From IMG/VR virus record IMGVR_UViG_3300025000_000120, positions 1-57,549 of that record: 57,549 nucleotides of DNA, one strand, 5' to 3'. Each line of letters begins with the position of its first letter. Position 1 is the stretch's first letter. The notes under the pieces are model-generated. The model had not been told where the DNA came from. It ran no database searches and saw only the letters and a list, made by a program, of their open reading frames with translations. The translations under genes and the position numbers were made by a program. Positions 18,525 to 28,310 of the stretch are shown one piece after another. Source of the DNA: a virus (Duplodnaviria; Caudoviricetes).

Positions 18525-19046
18525 CTATTGCCTGTGCAGATGTTTTAAACTACGACCACACATAGGACAATAATCAATTTTAACCTCAATACCATTGTTT
18601 CCGAACCCATGAACATCATATCCATATGCATTAAGAATGCCAGGATATCTAATACCAATTCCAGAATCATTAGTTTTACCAGTCGTTAAAGCTACTCCGC
18701 CATCACAATATATACATTCTAATTTATCAATCACCTCGTTTGATTCTAATTTAATTTTTCTAACACCACTTCCTCCTACAAGATAAATACGATTAAATTT
18801 ATCTTGTACCGCAATACAATACTCGTTTTTATCATATATCTCATCCAGAACATGGTTGTGCACCCCGATGATAGTTAACGGAAATCCCGTTGGTTCAACA
18901 AAACGTTTATACTGCCAATATGGAGCATACTTAGGATGTTTCTTAATAAATTGACTATACGAATAATATATCAGATCCTGATTTATTATCACTTCGTCGC
19001 CGATATTAAACCCAAGATTTAATTTTTTCACTTCACGTTTGGTCAT
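18525..19046 (-). CDS. Hypothetical protein with C-terminal Zn ribbon (shared with 15302-15889)
   Basis: Start at MTKREV; CIYC...YCPMCG. Confidence 0.65.
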   Translation of the reverse strand: MTKREVKKLNLGFNIGDEVIINQDLIYYSYSQFIKKHPKYAPYWQYKRFVEPTGFPLTIIGVHNHVLDEIYDKNEYCIAVQDKFNRIYLVGGSGVRKIKLESNEVIDKLECIYCDGGVALTTGKTNDSGIGIRYPGILNAYGYDVHGFGNNGIEVKIDYCPMCGRSLKHLHRQ

Positions 19047-19071
19047 CTTAATTTCCCTTCCTAGGACAACA

Positions 19072-19135
19072 GTCCACCCCAACCTATAAACACAAATACA
19101 GGTTAGGGTAGTCCATAATATCCCTCTCAAAATAA
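19072..19135 (-). repeat. Hairpin/mini-ORF element, copy 2
   Basis: ATGGACTACCCTAACCTGTATTTGTGTTTATAGGTTGGGGTGG, 15-bp stem. Confidence 0.6.
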
Positions 19136-19167
19136 CCGGACCCGACGGCATTCCAGCCGTCCCGGAG

Positions 19168-20103
19168 TCAAATCTTGTCGTACATCGTCCCGTCCACATT
19201 AAAGTCGAGGAGAATACTACGTTCGTAGCCATTCACGAAGTCTCGAGCCTTACCGCTTTCAGCATCAAATATACCAAAGTCAATATAATCATCACCTTGA
19301 CCCTTGACCCAACCAACAACAGCTCCGGCAGTCGTGTGAGGCACACCAATTAGATCATAGACTTCGTTAAGGAATACGTGTCCACGGGAACGTAACATAT
19401 CGTTGGCAAAGTTTTGTTGTCCTTTTAAATATGCCATGTTATACCCAGGATCTTTACTCCACTGAGTAGAATACTCATCGAAGAACTTAGCGTATTCGCT
19501 GTGACCATTAGGGTCTATGACTTCGACAGTTGTTGTTTTGGCCTCATGTTCTACGCCATTTTCATCTGTATAAGCCATATCTGTTACGTCCATTGTGGTA
19601 ATACCATATTTAAGACGACGATCCTCTTCGACACCATACTTGGCAACAACCCTCTTGCGATAGTCGGAATAACTTTCTTCAACGGCTTTATAAGCAGCCA
19701 TGAGAGCTACATTGCGTTGCTTAAGAATATTATGACCGGCAAGAATACAACCGACAGATAATACGCCAAGTGTAATAGGCTTCCAGTAAACTATAACGAA
19801 GTCGACAGCTGTCTGAGCATAGACCACAGCAATATCCCTTTTATAATCGGTACCACTATAATCCTCAACTGGCAGTGTGTCATGGGCAATATGGATCTTA
19901 TCCAGTTTACCTTTGGCATTTTCGAGTGCGTCTTCGGCCTTGATCGTAGCCTTACAAGCCATCACAGTACTCGTTATGACACCAGCGATACCCACAACTA
20001 CTAATATCTCAGGACTAAACTTCTTGAGAAGCAGAAGACTTCTAGCGCCTTTACTTGTTACTGCTGCTTTAATTAATGCTAATTTACTCATTTGTTTTAC
20101 CAC
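19168..20103 (-). CDS. DUF6353-like membrane protein
   Basis: SPEIL..GIAG..A.KAT, RN.AL.AAY, YR.RV, FLNEVY..G...VGW, LDFNVDG; paralog of 28963-29787. Confidence 0.7.
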   Translation of the reverse strand: MVKQMSKLALIKAAVTSKGARSLLLLKKFSPEILVVVGIAGVITSTVMACKATIKAEDALENAKGKLDKIHIAHDTLPVEDYSGTDYKRDIAVVYAQTAVDFVIVYWKPITLGVLSVGCILAGHNILKQRNVALMAAYKAVEESYSDYRKRVVAKYGVEEDRRLKYGITTMDVTDMAYTDENGVEHEAKTTTVEVIDPNGHSEYAKFFDEYSTQWSKDPGYNMAYLKGQQNFANDMLRSRGHVFLNEVYDLIGVPHTTAGAVVGWVKGQGDDYIDFGIFDAESGKARDFVNGYERSILLDFNVDGTMYDKI

Positions 20104-20158
20104 CTTCGTTTTTAGTTCCGCTGTCCGTCAACATAAACCATGTTTTAAACGCGTTTAA

Positions 20159-20341
20159 TCAATGTAATGAATGGAGCATTAACTTTACCGTACAATCCTT
20201 GGCAATCATACACCAACCACAAATAGATCCATGGGTAGTAGCAAAGCATCGATTAAATAACAATCTATTCATACCTTCGAGTTCATCCACCCTTTTCGTC
20301 AAGATAGAGATCTGCTGACGTTGCTCTTCAAGAGTATCCAT
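20159..20341 (-). CDS. Small coiled-coil/Cys protein
   Basis: AAGGAG RBS; in operon. Confidence 0.55.
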   Translation of the reverse strand: MDTLEEQRQQISILTKRVDELEGMNRLLFNRCFATTHGSICGWCMIAKDCTVKLMLHSLH

Positions 20342-20342
20342 T

Positions 20343-21236
20343 TTAGGTCTCCTTTATGAGTTGTTCGCAGTCTAAAGCTTGCCCACAATTCGGACAATGA
20401 TTAACCTTACGATGTTTAATCTGCCCAATTCCACATATATATGCGTCGCAAATTGGACAACGGACTTTACCGTAATCTTTTATGACAACGGATTTTTTGT
20501 CAGATACGGGCTCAGAAGATTCATTTGGTGATTGATCTACGATATTTCCACAGGTCTCAGACTCACCATCACATTTACCGACACAGGCGTCCTTTTTAGG
20601 ACATTCCTCGCAACAGATATATTTATGCTCGCGACAATTGTACTTACAAGCGAAGGTGTATTCGCCTTTAGGTTTTCTTTCGCCTTCGTAATTATATGTA
20701 AGGTTTGGATTTACAAGGCAGACACGGCATACATCACTAATACCCATAAGATTTAGCCCAACATGTCCCTGATTACTATTAACGCAAGCAAAACAATCCT
20801 GATCAGATTTCACCAACCATAATAATCGAGCGTGAACATTATTTATAAATGCGTCAAGATCAATAAAATCGTTCTTCCAACTCTCACCAGTCTCTACATC
20901 ATACCTACTGGTGAAGCCATATTTCGGGCGGCTTTCGTCATCAACCAAAATACCCTTTTCGAATTCCGTTTGGGATAAATTGAGCTCGGTAAATTCGGGG
21001 ATACCCATAAGTAAATCCTCTATGAATTTATAACTAGTGAATGTTCCATCCGCTTCCGGTACCTCTGCAGCATACCATTCATTATCATTATAACAAAGAG
21101 CCCTAAATGCGTCTCTAACTTTTTGCATAATGATTTCTGGTTTCCTTGGCTGTCTATTGGGCGCTTGGTCGAATAGTTGACCGGCAATAACGAACATTAG
21201 GTGTCCCTCACTAATCAATATACTTTTGTTTCTCAT
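20343..21236 (-). CDS. Cys-rich hypothetical protein with C-terminal Zn ribbon
   Basis: Multiple CxxC motifs; CPNCGQAL. Confidence 0.7.
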   Translation of the reverse strand: MRNKSILISEGHLMFVIAGQLFDQAPNRQPRKPEIIMQKVRDAFRALCYNDNEWYAAEVPEADGTFTSYKFIEDLLMGIPEFTELNLSQTEFEKGILVDDESRPKYGFTSRYDVETGESWKNDFIDLDAFINNVHARLLWLVKSDQDCFACVNSNQGHVGLNLMGISDVCRVCLVNPNLTYNYEGERKPKGEYTFACKYNCREHKYICCEECPKKDACVGKCDGESETCGNIVDQSPNESSEPVSDKKSVVIKDYGKVRCPICDAYICGIGQIKHRKVNHCPNCGQALDCEQLIKET

Positions 21237-21279
21237 TAATTATTTCCGCCTTTCAAGATATTTTTTAACATGGTGCCCC

Positions 21280-21480
21280 TTATTCTATTTCCACGATAAC
21301 TTCGTCATCCGTAAAAGTCACAGATATAATTTTTCGTTTCACTCGATCTGCCCCAGGCCTATCAGTCCAATCAATATACGTACCGACTTTAGACAACCAG
21401 GCTTCTTGCATAATTTCTTTCGGACAAACCATATATGCGCCCATCATAGTATCAGCATTAGGCATTTTAATTATGAACAT
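21280..21480 (-). CDS. Hypothetical protein
   Basis: GGAGG RBS. Confidence 0.55.
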   Translation of the reverse strand: MFIIKMPNADTMMGAYMVCPKEIMQEAWLSKVGTYIDWTDRPGADRVKRKIISVTFTDDEVIVEIE

Positions 21481-21636
21481 TATCTAAATCCTCCGAGTTC
21501 GTTAGTGTATTAATTTTACCGTTTCCACATATACAAATAAAACCTTTCATCATAGCGTCGACTGCGTCTTTTAAGGTAAATGCCTTAATAGGTTTGAAGT
21601 GCCAATCTTCATATTTAACTTCCATTTGGGTTCTCC

Positions 21637-21774
21637 TTACTTAAATTTCCTCTCAGCTAAGAACTTATAGTACATGGCAATAACCTGACCATCAGCCATA
21701 GTAGAGACCTTACGTTTCCACCTCTCACCAGGATATACAGTCAATAGAGTATTCCTCATTTGATCGAGGGACAT
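21637..21774 (-). CDS. Small conserved phage protein
   Basis: MSLDQMR...YPG..W..KV..M.D.QVIAMY; AAGGAGG RBS. Confidence 0.6.
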   Translation of the reverse strand: MSLDQMRNTLLTVYPGERWKRKVSTMADGQVIAMYYKFLAERKFK

Positions 21775-22028
21775 TACCGTTACCTCCTTGAATAAGTTTC
21801 CACCAAGTGCATTTAGAATAATATATTTCTTCACGACTCGTTGGGTCCGTCCTTTCACTGCATCACAAGTATACAGACGTGACCCTGCCTCGAGTATTCT
21901 ATGTGCACATCCTTGATATTACTCTCCCATATAGTTCAAGACCATCATATGCGTTCGTCGCCTACTTAATTCTTACTACCACACAAAACAGATTTGAGGG
22001 CCATACATCTCATATACAATTATGCTCC

Positions 22029-22295
22029 TTACAGTTCATTCACTAGTTTAGCCAGGAAATCTCCGTGACATCTCTTTGGCTTACAGAAGCATCCGAGACT
22101 CTTGCCTTTCAGCTTATACAACTCAGATACCAAGTTAGTTGTCCAAAAATACTCTTCGTAGAGGTCACAAACACGATTGCGTTCTTCATCAGAGGAATCT
22201 TTCATTAATACAAAAGGATTACCCCACTTACTTCCACGCCCAATGTAAATATGGAATGGGTCCTTGTATTTATTGACGACGGTGCAGATAGGCAT
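22029..22295 (-). CDS. DUF4326-like protein
   Basis: YIGRGSKWGNPF...LKGKSLGCFCKPKRCHGD. Confidence 0.8.
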   Translation of the reverse strand: MPICTVVNKYKDPFHIYIGRGSKWGNPFVLMKDSSDEERNRVCDLYEEYFWTTNLVSELYKLKGKSLGCFCKPKRCHGDFLAKLVNEL

Positions 22296-22299
22296 TTCG

Positions 22300-22533
22300 T
22301 CACCTCCCAGTTGCACTAAAAACATTTAATCTCGCTTTAACCATTGGATGTTCGCATGCTTCGGATATGGTAATCCCGTGGTTTCTAGAGAATGCAAGTA
22401 AATATTTACCATAAGGAGTAAGCGCGTTTGCGGATTGATCCGGCGAAGAAGCTAAGTCTATTCCAGTAATAACATTACCGACTATTCCATTTTCATAACA
22501 TATAACTTTATCGCCAATCTTAAAAGATTTCAT
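22300..22533 (-). CDS. Hypothetical protein
   Basis: Start at MKSFKIGD with RBS. Confidence 0.5.
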   Translation of the reverse strand: MKSFKIGDKVICYENGIVGNVITGIDLASSPDQSANALTPYGKYLLAFSRNHGITISEACEHPMVKARLNVFSATGR

Positions 22534-22535
22534 AA

Positions 22536-23063
22536 CTAATCCATCTCCTCTATCGCAAGAATACATTGCTCGACGTAATATAACAAAACATTACGATTTG
22601 CGCTGATCATTTCTAATTCGGAAAAGGATATTTGGGAATGATGATCCTTACTATCACTAACTCTAACTGTATACTCCATCTGCTCTGTGTCACGACGCAC
22701 CATCATACTATACTCAGTTCCAAGCAACTTCAACATAGCATTGTTATCGTCGACCACGGCCTTCTCCCGTATATCGACCATAATCTTGGGCGCTGGAAGC
22801 ACTATAGCTTCGGGTAAATGAAGTCGATAACGCTTCTGAATACCCGCCCTATAAGGTTCGCCACCAGTGACATGAATGCGAGCATTAGTGAGATCTACCC
22901 ATCCATGCTCTTTATTCTCAGGATGATTAGTTCCTCCAATACAGCTATGCAGATCAAAAACGGTTACACTACCTCGTCGCTTGATGGTGTCATTAAGATG
23001 GTCTAGAACATACTCGGCATCACCACGATTATCGAACAGAATCTCTTCTACTTTCTTAAGCAT
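22536..23063 (-). CDS. Two-domain hypothetical protein (GWxDL domain plus DDNNA domain)
   Basis: N half paralogous to 23056 and 24214; C half paralogous to 23517. Confidence 0.7.
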   Translation of the reverse strand: MLKKVEEILFDNRGDAEYVLDHLNDTIKRRGSVTVFDLHSCIGGTNHPENKEHGWVDLTNARIHVTGGEPYRAGIQKRYRLHLPEAIVLPAPKIMVDIREKAVVDDNNAMLKLLGTEYSMMVRRDTEQMEYTVRVSDSKDHHSQISFSELEMISANRNVLLYYVEQCILAIEEMD

Positions 23064-23478
23064 TTGTCGATACCTCCACATCTAAGATCACCGTCTCAGG
23101 CAATCTAAGCATATAACCACCATACGTACCAGCCACATGAGCATAACTAAGATCCTTCCAACCAAACTTATATTCCACACTAGAAGTAGTAATACCAAGT
23201 AGTTCTTTTAAATCAGTTATGCTAGTCTGACCATACGTATTAATTATATCGTTAAGCTCGCTTAAAATGTGCTCGGCTTCTTTTCGGGTTTTTAATACTG
23301 GAAATTTCTTACCTTTATAATAAGCAATAGACTTACAGTATCTACCAGATCGTGAGAACTGTTTACAATCAGCCGTCTCTTTTTTTAGTGTAGCGAGTAA
23401 AAGATACTTTAACCCTAAAACCCCCACTACAATCCCTAAAATAAACGCAAGAAGTACTGCGATTATGGTGATAATCAT
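23056..23478 (-). CDS. Membrane-anchored GWxDL-domain protein
   Basis: TM helix plus R.EAE..L...YG..S..DL...GWKDL. Confidence 0.7.
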   Translation of the reverse strand: MIITIIAVLLAFILGIVVGVLGLKYLLLATLKKETADCKQFSRSGRYCKSIAYYKGKKFPVLKTRKEAEHILSELNDIINTYGQTSITDLKELLGITTSSVEYKFGWKDLSYAHVAGTYGGYMLRLPETVILDVEVSTNA

Positions 23479-23516
23479 TTTACCATTCCGCCTTTCAAGA
23501 TTCGTTAAGGTGTCTT

Positions 23517-23984
23517 TTAATTAACTTTTACTTTACGTCCACAACCAGGGCAATATTTACTTAAGTTTTCTAATGAGTCATATACCGTAGGATGTATGTA
23601 ACCGCATTTAAGACATTTAGCATTTTCGATAGGTTTATCGTGATTACCACTCCATCCAGACCTATATAACCAAGACGTAGTATCTGAGTCATGTTCTTCT
23701 TTTAACGAGAGAATACACTGTTCGATGTTACATAACAAAACATTATGATTAGCGGTTTCGACTTCTAATTCGGAAAATGTTTTGATCATCATACGATCTT
23801 GACTATCACAAATTGCGACAATAAACTTTCCTGTACTCATGTCACGTCGCAATTCCATGGTATACTCAGTGCCAAGCATTTTCAATATAGCATTGTTATC
23901 ATCTCTTCTGATAATACTAGGTGCCTCTGGTTTAGTGATAACCGCAACCCCTTCAGACAGGGCTTTCATAAATTTATCATTCAT
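23517..23984 (-). CDS. DDNNA-domain protein with Zn ribbon
   Basis: CLKCG...YCPGCG. Confidence 0.7.
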   Translation of the reverse strand: MNDKFMKALSEGVAVITKPEAPSIIRRDDNNAILKMLGTEYTMELRRDMSTGKFIVAICDSQDRMMIKTFSELEVETANHNVLLCNIEQCILSLKEEHDSDTTSWLYRSGWSGNHDKPIENAKCLKCGYIHPTVYDSLENLSKYCPGCGRKVKVN

Positions 23985-24213
23985 GTTGACATCCCTCCCA
24001 AGATTATTTAAGGCAATTTAATCTATATACACTCGTCCGTCATAGACTACCCATTTTCTTAATCGGCATCTACTACGTTTATAATACTTTCCAAAAACAT
24101 GTCCGGTAGGACCATCAGTATATTCACCTACATATATCCAATCGCATGGTCTAACCGAACATGGTAGTTTATCAATAAGTCTTCGAATAATTCCAATAGG
24201 TCATGCCCCCCCC

Positions 24214-24858
24214 CTAATCCAAGAATATAGGTTTAGGTAGATTTAGAACATAACCCCCACCGCGTAGTGGACTAGCACTGGCACTACTAAGATCTGTCCA
24301 TCCCCATCGGGTATCGGTAGATGTATGTGGGGTTCCGACCAAGGCATACAGATCAGATACAGTCGCCTGATCATAATCCAGGGTTAGATCCACAAGAGTA
24401 CTTATAACCTCGTCAGCCTCAGCCCGCGAATCAAGGATTATCTCATCGAAGTTGTGTCGGGCTCTATTTTTAGGTGATACATCCCTGCTACGATCATCTC
24501 TTTGGTTTCGTTGATTGGTATTTCGGTGTCTGTCGTAGCTTACATACGAACGACCTTGTTCCCGTCTACCTCTCGACCCAGAGTTTCCTCGTCCAGGGAA
24601 TAATATCATATCGATGCCGCCTTGAACCGTATCGGCGACTGCGCTCTTTGCAGCAGGTACAAGCACATCATGGACTATATAGTGGATTACATTACTAATA
24701 TCATCCACCACAAATGTATCCATAAAGCGTTTATACAGCGACTTCTTTCTTGTGGCAACCTTACCTGTTGTGATCTTAGTCAATTGCTTGGGTTCTTTTT
24801 TTTCCTGACGGGCCTTATGTGAATTTCCCGGGTAACTTCCTAGCGGATCTCTTTCCAT
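24214..24858 (-). CDS. Conserved phage protein with C-terminal GWxDL domain
   Basis: NSHK N-terminus; SRAEADEV...GWTDL...GYVLNLPKP. Confidence 0.75.
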   Translation of the reverse strand: MERDPLGSYPGNSHKARQEKKEPKQLTKITTGKVATRKKSLYKRFMDTFVVDDISNVIHYIVHDVLVPAAKSAVADTVQGGIDMILFPGRGNSGSRGRREQGRSYVSYDRHRNTNQRNQRDDRSRDVSPKNRARHNFDEIILDSRAEADEVISTLVDLTLDYDQATVSDLYALVGTPHTSTDTRWGWTDLSSASASPLRGGGYVLNLPKPIFLD

Positions 24859-24893
24859 GGCTTAAGCGCCTCTCTTTCTACAAATATGTTCGA

Positions 24894-25325
24894 TTATCTG
24901 ATAAGATTTTCCAGAAATCGTTTTGCTGCGTCGTTCGCCAAGTCGTGAATATTTTCCATATTTGACATTTGGTCCTTAAATCCGCAGTATTTTAAGTTCA
25001 GCATGGTATCCATTATTGCACACGCAATGTTTGATTGCCACGAGTAGTAATAACTACCTGGTTCTTTATCTTCTTTAAGTGCGTCAATCAATAGTGATAT
25101 TGCTATGGAGACTGGATTTTTAAGGTCCTCGGTTTTGAATTGGACGCTTGTGTATTCCGGTTCCTTAGGTGTACAGTTTTTCCCGTGACGATTTATTTCA
25201 AAGTGCTGTGGGCTATGACATTCACATTTAATAGGATAGTAAAAAACAGTTCTCTCTAAAGTCTCATCTTTGCCACAAACATCACATCTTCCGTGCTCCA
25301 TTTCTCCACACATACGGATTAACAC
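24894..25325 (-). CDS. Hypothetical protein
   Basis: CDVC/CEC and YYYSWQSNIA motifs. Confidence 0.65.
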   Translation of the reverse strand: MLIRMCGEMEHGRCDVCGKDETLERTVFYYPIKCECHSPQHFEINRHGKNCTPKEPEYTSVQFKTEDLKNPVSIAISLLIDALKEDKEPGSYYYSWQSNIACAIMDTMLNLKYCGFKDQMSNMENIHDLANDAAKRFLENLIR

Positions 25326-25344
25326 CTCTTTCTACAAATATGGT

Positions 25345-25743
25345 TTACCTAAGGTTATTTATTGCGTGTAGTCTCGCGACATGATATCCGTCACTTGAGT
25401 CATAACCCCATCCAAAATATCGTTTACGAACCCTAGCAACTGCCCAATCGTCTGGCGAGTGTTTCCTACCCAGCATAAAGACCGCAGCCCATGGTGTTGC
25501 GTTTCTACTAATATAGAAGTACATCGGTCTCCAGTGTAACTTATCACCGTACTTAATCTTACCAGACAGTCCGCATACAATAGGTAACCGCCAACAAAGG
25601 TAACCGTACTTCTCCGTCCAGAAAGTACAACCAAAGTGCATAGCGTTGTCTCCAAACACGGTAAGTCTACCGATCGTGAAGTGGCCATCAAAACGCATAA
25701 AGTATACGGTTGCTATTAATACGCAAACTAAAAATACTATCAT
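25345..25743 (-). CDS. Hypothetical membrane-associated protein
   Basis: Start at MIVFLVC after AAGGGAG. Confidence 0.55.
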   Translation of the reverse strand: MIVFLVCVLIATVYFMRFDGHFTIGRLTVFGDNAMHFGCTFWTEKYGYLCWRLPIVCGLSGKIKYGDKLHWRPMYFYISRNATPWAAVFMLGRKHSPDDWAVARVRKRYFGWGYDSSDGYHVARLHAINNLR

Positions 25744-25744
25744 G

Positions 25745-26179
25745 TCAACGCTCCCTTTTAGAATAGTATTCGGGTTTAAATGATGATGGCGGCCATATAT
25801 CTCGTTCTTGGTTATGTTTTGATTCGTCTCGAGTGAATATTTGCCGTGGCGAAAGTTCGGCCATAATGAGCACGTAATAAATACGGATGACTTCTTCTCT
25901 AAAGAATCTTGCATAGTGTGACACCTGACCCGCAGATTTATATCGGTCATTAATAGTCCAATCGTCCGCATACCTGATGATATCATCGTTTCCAAGGGGT
26001 TCATCATCAGCAAATAACATCTTAATGATATACACCAAGGTCTTACCAGTTCGCCGACCAGTGATCCGCATATCCAAAACCATAGGTATGTCTAACATGT
26101 AGTTTTTCTGCCATTCTTCAAACTTAAAACCCAATATGCCCTCAATAGTTTTAATGAGATCCATATCTAACTTATCCAT
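25745..26179 (-). CDS. Hypothetical protein with P-loop-like GRRTGKT
   Basis: LGFKFEEWQK...GRRTGKT. Confidence 0.6.
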   Translation of the reverse strand: MDKLDMDLIKTIEGILGFKFEEWQKNYMLDIPMVLDMRITGRRTGKTLVYIIKMLFADDEPLGNDDIIRYADDWTINDRYKSAGQVSHYARFFREEVIRIYYVLIMAELSPRQIFTRDESKHNQERDIWPPSSFKPEYYSKRER

Positions 26180-26400
26180 AAATCACCTCAAAACAGTTAC
26201 TTTCAAACCACTCATCGCATCCTAAAATCTTATACCTCTTTCCGAAGATAGGGTGGTCTTCGACTTCTGTAATTTCAACCAGTCGTCCGCCTATTATACG
26301 AAACAGTTTATTATGGCCTTTTTTAATAAGCCTTCCATAATATCTCCTTTCAAATACAAAAGATAAATACCACGTTAATGGTACTATCCTTCGATTTAGT

Positions 26401-26646
26401 CTATTTCCCTTTTGGTTCAATATCAATTTTAATTCGGTCATCCCAAGCCTCAACAATTTGTTCTTCAATGAAGTTAACGGTTTTCTCACCTACCATGAAT
26501 GCTACCGCCGACCCCGCCACAGCAACGCACGCTCTACTAAAAGTGCTCATTACTGCAGGGGTGGTGGCTTTCACTACATTTGTGATGATTGTTCCTACTC
26601 CCAATGAAATAACAACTTGTCCAAGACCTTTAACAAGTCCAAACAT
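26401..26646 (-). CDS. Small membrane protein
   Basis: Two hydrophobic segments; TTGAAAGGGG RBS. Confidence 0.6.
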   Translation of the reverse strand: MFGLVKGLGQVVISLGVGTIITNVVKATTPAVMSTFSRACVAVAGSAVAFMVGEKTVNFIEEQIVEAWDDRIKIDIEPKGK

Positions 26647-26710
26647 ACTAATAACCCCTTTCAAGAGTTCAATATCTATTTCATTATATAGCACGTAATC
26701 TACGCGACGT

Positions 26711-26875
26711 TCAGACAATTACGTTTTCCTTCGCTAGGAATAAGGGGACACCCATGAGTATTCCAAAGATGAGACCTGTACCATTCCCATCTATGGATAC
26801 TGATAGCACCCCTGCGCAGACAATAAGTACAGCATACAGCTTGTTAGTAGCCGTCTTAATTGTTAATTTTCGCAT
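26711..26875 (-). CDS. Small two-TM protein
   Basis: NKLYAVLI...DGNGT...GVPLFLAKEN. Confidence 0.55.
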   Translation of the reverse strand: MRKLTIKTATNKLYAVLIVCAGVLSVSIDGNGTGLIFGILMGVPLFLAKENVIV

Positions 26876-27071
26876 GTTTCGGTCCCCTAACATAGTAATT
26901 GTTAATTACCATAAATATAGGGTTTTTGATAACCGGTTTGCTTGGGGTGACGGCTTTGATTATGCTGATGCCCGAGAATATGGCTACACCTACATGAACG
27001 GTTTTAACAATAACCTCGCGATTGATGTTTTTGGTGGCGTTTAATGCCCGTTTAACAATAGTTTTCAACAT
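26856..27071 (-). CDS. Small membrane protein
   Basis: TTGAAAGGGG RBS; hydrophobic core. Confidence 0.55.
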   Translation of the reverse strand: MLKTIVKRALNATKNINREVIVKTVHVGVAIFSGISIIKAVTPSKPVIKNPIFMVINNYYVRGPKHAKINN

Positions 27072-27115
27072 AGTGATTAATCCCCTTTCAAAATATGGTT
27101 GGAAGTCATGAACTT

Positions 27116-27691
27116 TTATTCGTAGTTAGGACTATTGGGCAATGGACACCAATGTGTAACTTTTACTCCGAGCACTTCCTCGAAAGGAGTGATACAACAA
27201 TCAGCATACCATTTGCCATTTCTAAGTTCTGCTACATGTGGGATACCATAATATCCCTCGGGGTCCATCCTACATAATACAAGCACCCAATCGTACGTAG
27301 GAGATTCTGGTAATCTTTCAGTTACTGGAATCCAGGTTCGGTAACTATTAATAGACAGCAATCTACCAACATCTTTATCGGTATGACCATCCCATGGTTT
27401 CCCAAATCCAAGTTCCCGAACATTAAATATGTCCCAATCCTTATCTTTATAGTGATAAGTATATGATCCGTCTGGAGTATCAATCCCAACAATAAACCAT
27501 CCACCACCGAAGCATTCTCGACCATCGGCATGCCTACGAGACTTCCAAGACAGTTCTTCAAAAGCATTAAACAATGCGGCAGATAGAGCAAGTCTTTGGT
27601 CATATAGATCATTAAAAGAGTGATAACCGTCGCTTACTTCCCCGATGGAAATACCATTTTTTTCACATAGGTCTTTTAAAGTTTGTAACAT
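27116..27691 (-). CDS. WDGH-motif protein fused to a DUF551-like domain
   Basis: SDGYHSFNDLY...WDGHT; WIPVTERLP...VTHWCPLP. Confidence 0.7.
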   Translation of the reverse strand: MLQTLKDLCEKNGISIGEVSDGYHSFNDLYDQRLALSAALFNAFEELSWKSRRHADGRECFGGGWFIVGIDTPDGSYTYHYKDKDWDIFNVRELGFGKPWDGHTDKDVGRLLSINSYRTWIPVTERLPESPTYDWVLVLCRMDPEGYYGIPHVAELRNGKWYADCCITPFEEVLGVKVTHWCPLPNSPNYE

Positions 27692-27700
27692 GGCGATTAA

Positions 27701-27750
27701 CCCCTTTCAAGGCGCCCTGTGGGCGAATTTCGGTTTTACCGTAAATGATG
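27701..27750 (-). repeat. Twin-hairpin 5' leader element, copy 2
   Basis: CATCATTTACGGTAAAACCGAAATTCGCCCACAGGGCGCCTTGAAAGGGG. Confidence 0.7.
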
Positions 27751-27751
27751 A

Positions 27752-28300
27752 TTAATTACCGATCTTAAATGTCATTTCTGAGTCTTTCTTCTTAGTCATA
27801 CTGTCGGCTATCGAGCTATAGATCTTGGACACATTCGACAGGCTACCATTGAATTCCTCTAATAATCCATTAAGATTAGCATCAAACTTCTCGACAACAA
27901 GCTCTTTGGCTCTATTTTTGACCTCTTCCCTAAGTTTGTTCATGTCCATGTTGGCCACTTGCCTAGCTACCTCGTCGGTAACTGAAGATCTAACATGCGA
28001 ATATGCTGCATCCACGCTAGTTTTAACTTCCTTATGAATATCATTACGGACTGTGGACGTCACGTCATAGGAAATTGATTTGATAGCTTTACCCACTTCA
28101 CGATCCACGGCTCTACTAACTGCCTTCTCAATTATAGCATCGGAAACATTAACGGAAATATCCTTGGATAGTCCATCAGCAGACGATTCAATAACAGCTA
28201 ACAATTCATTAACCTTAATGTGTAAATACCTTGTATATGCTGATGCGACTACCCCTACAATACCTACGCCTATGATTCCTACTTTGATTACGTTACTCAT
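27752..28300 (-). CDS. Membrane-anchored helical protein
   Basis: Start at MSNVIK; N-terminal TM helix. Confidence 0.7.
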   Translation of the reverse strand: MSNVIKVGIIGVGIVGVVASAYTRYLHIKVNELLAVIESSADGLSKDISVNVSDAIIEKAVSRAVDREVGKAIKSISYDVTSTVRNDIHKEVKTSVDAAYSHVRSSVTDEVARQVANMDMNKLREEVKNRAKELVVEKFDANLNGLLEEFNGSLSNVSKIYSSIADSMTKKKDSEMTFKIGN

Positions 28301-28310
28301 GGTGATTAAT

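Noticed and set aside
25745-26179. Terminase large subunit
   Set aside because: Only a GRRTGKT motif in 144 aa; no Walker B or nuclease domain, and outside the structural module
26172-26489. ORF as called (105 aa)
   Set aside because: The 5' half overlaps the upstream gene and the best RBS leads to an ATG at 26338 in another short frame; possibly a frameshifted remnant, not resolvable by eye
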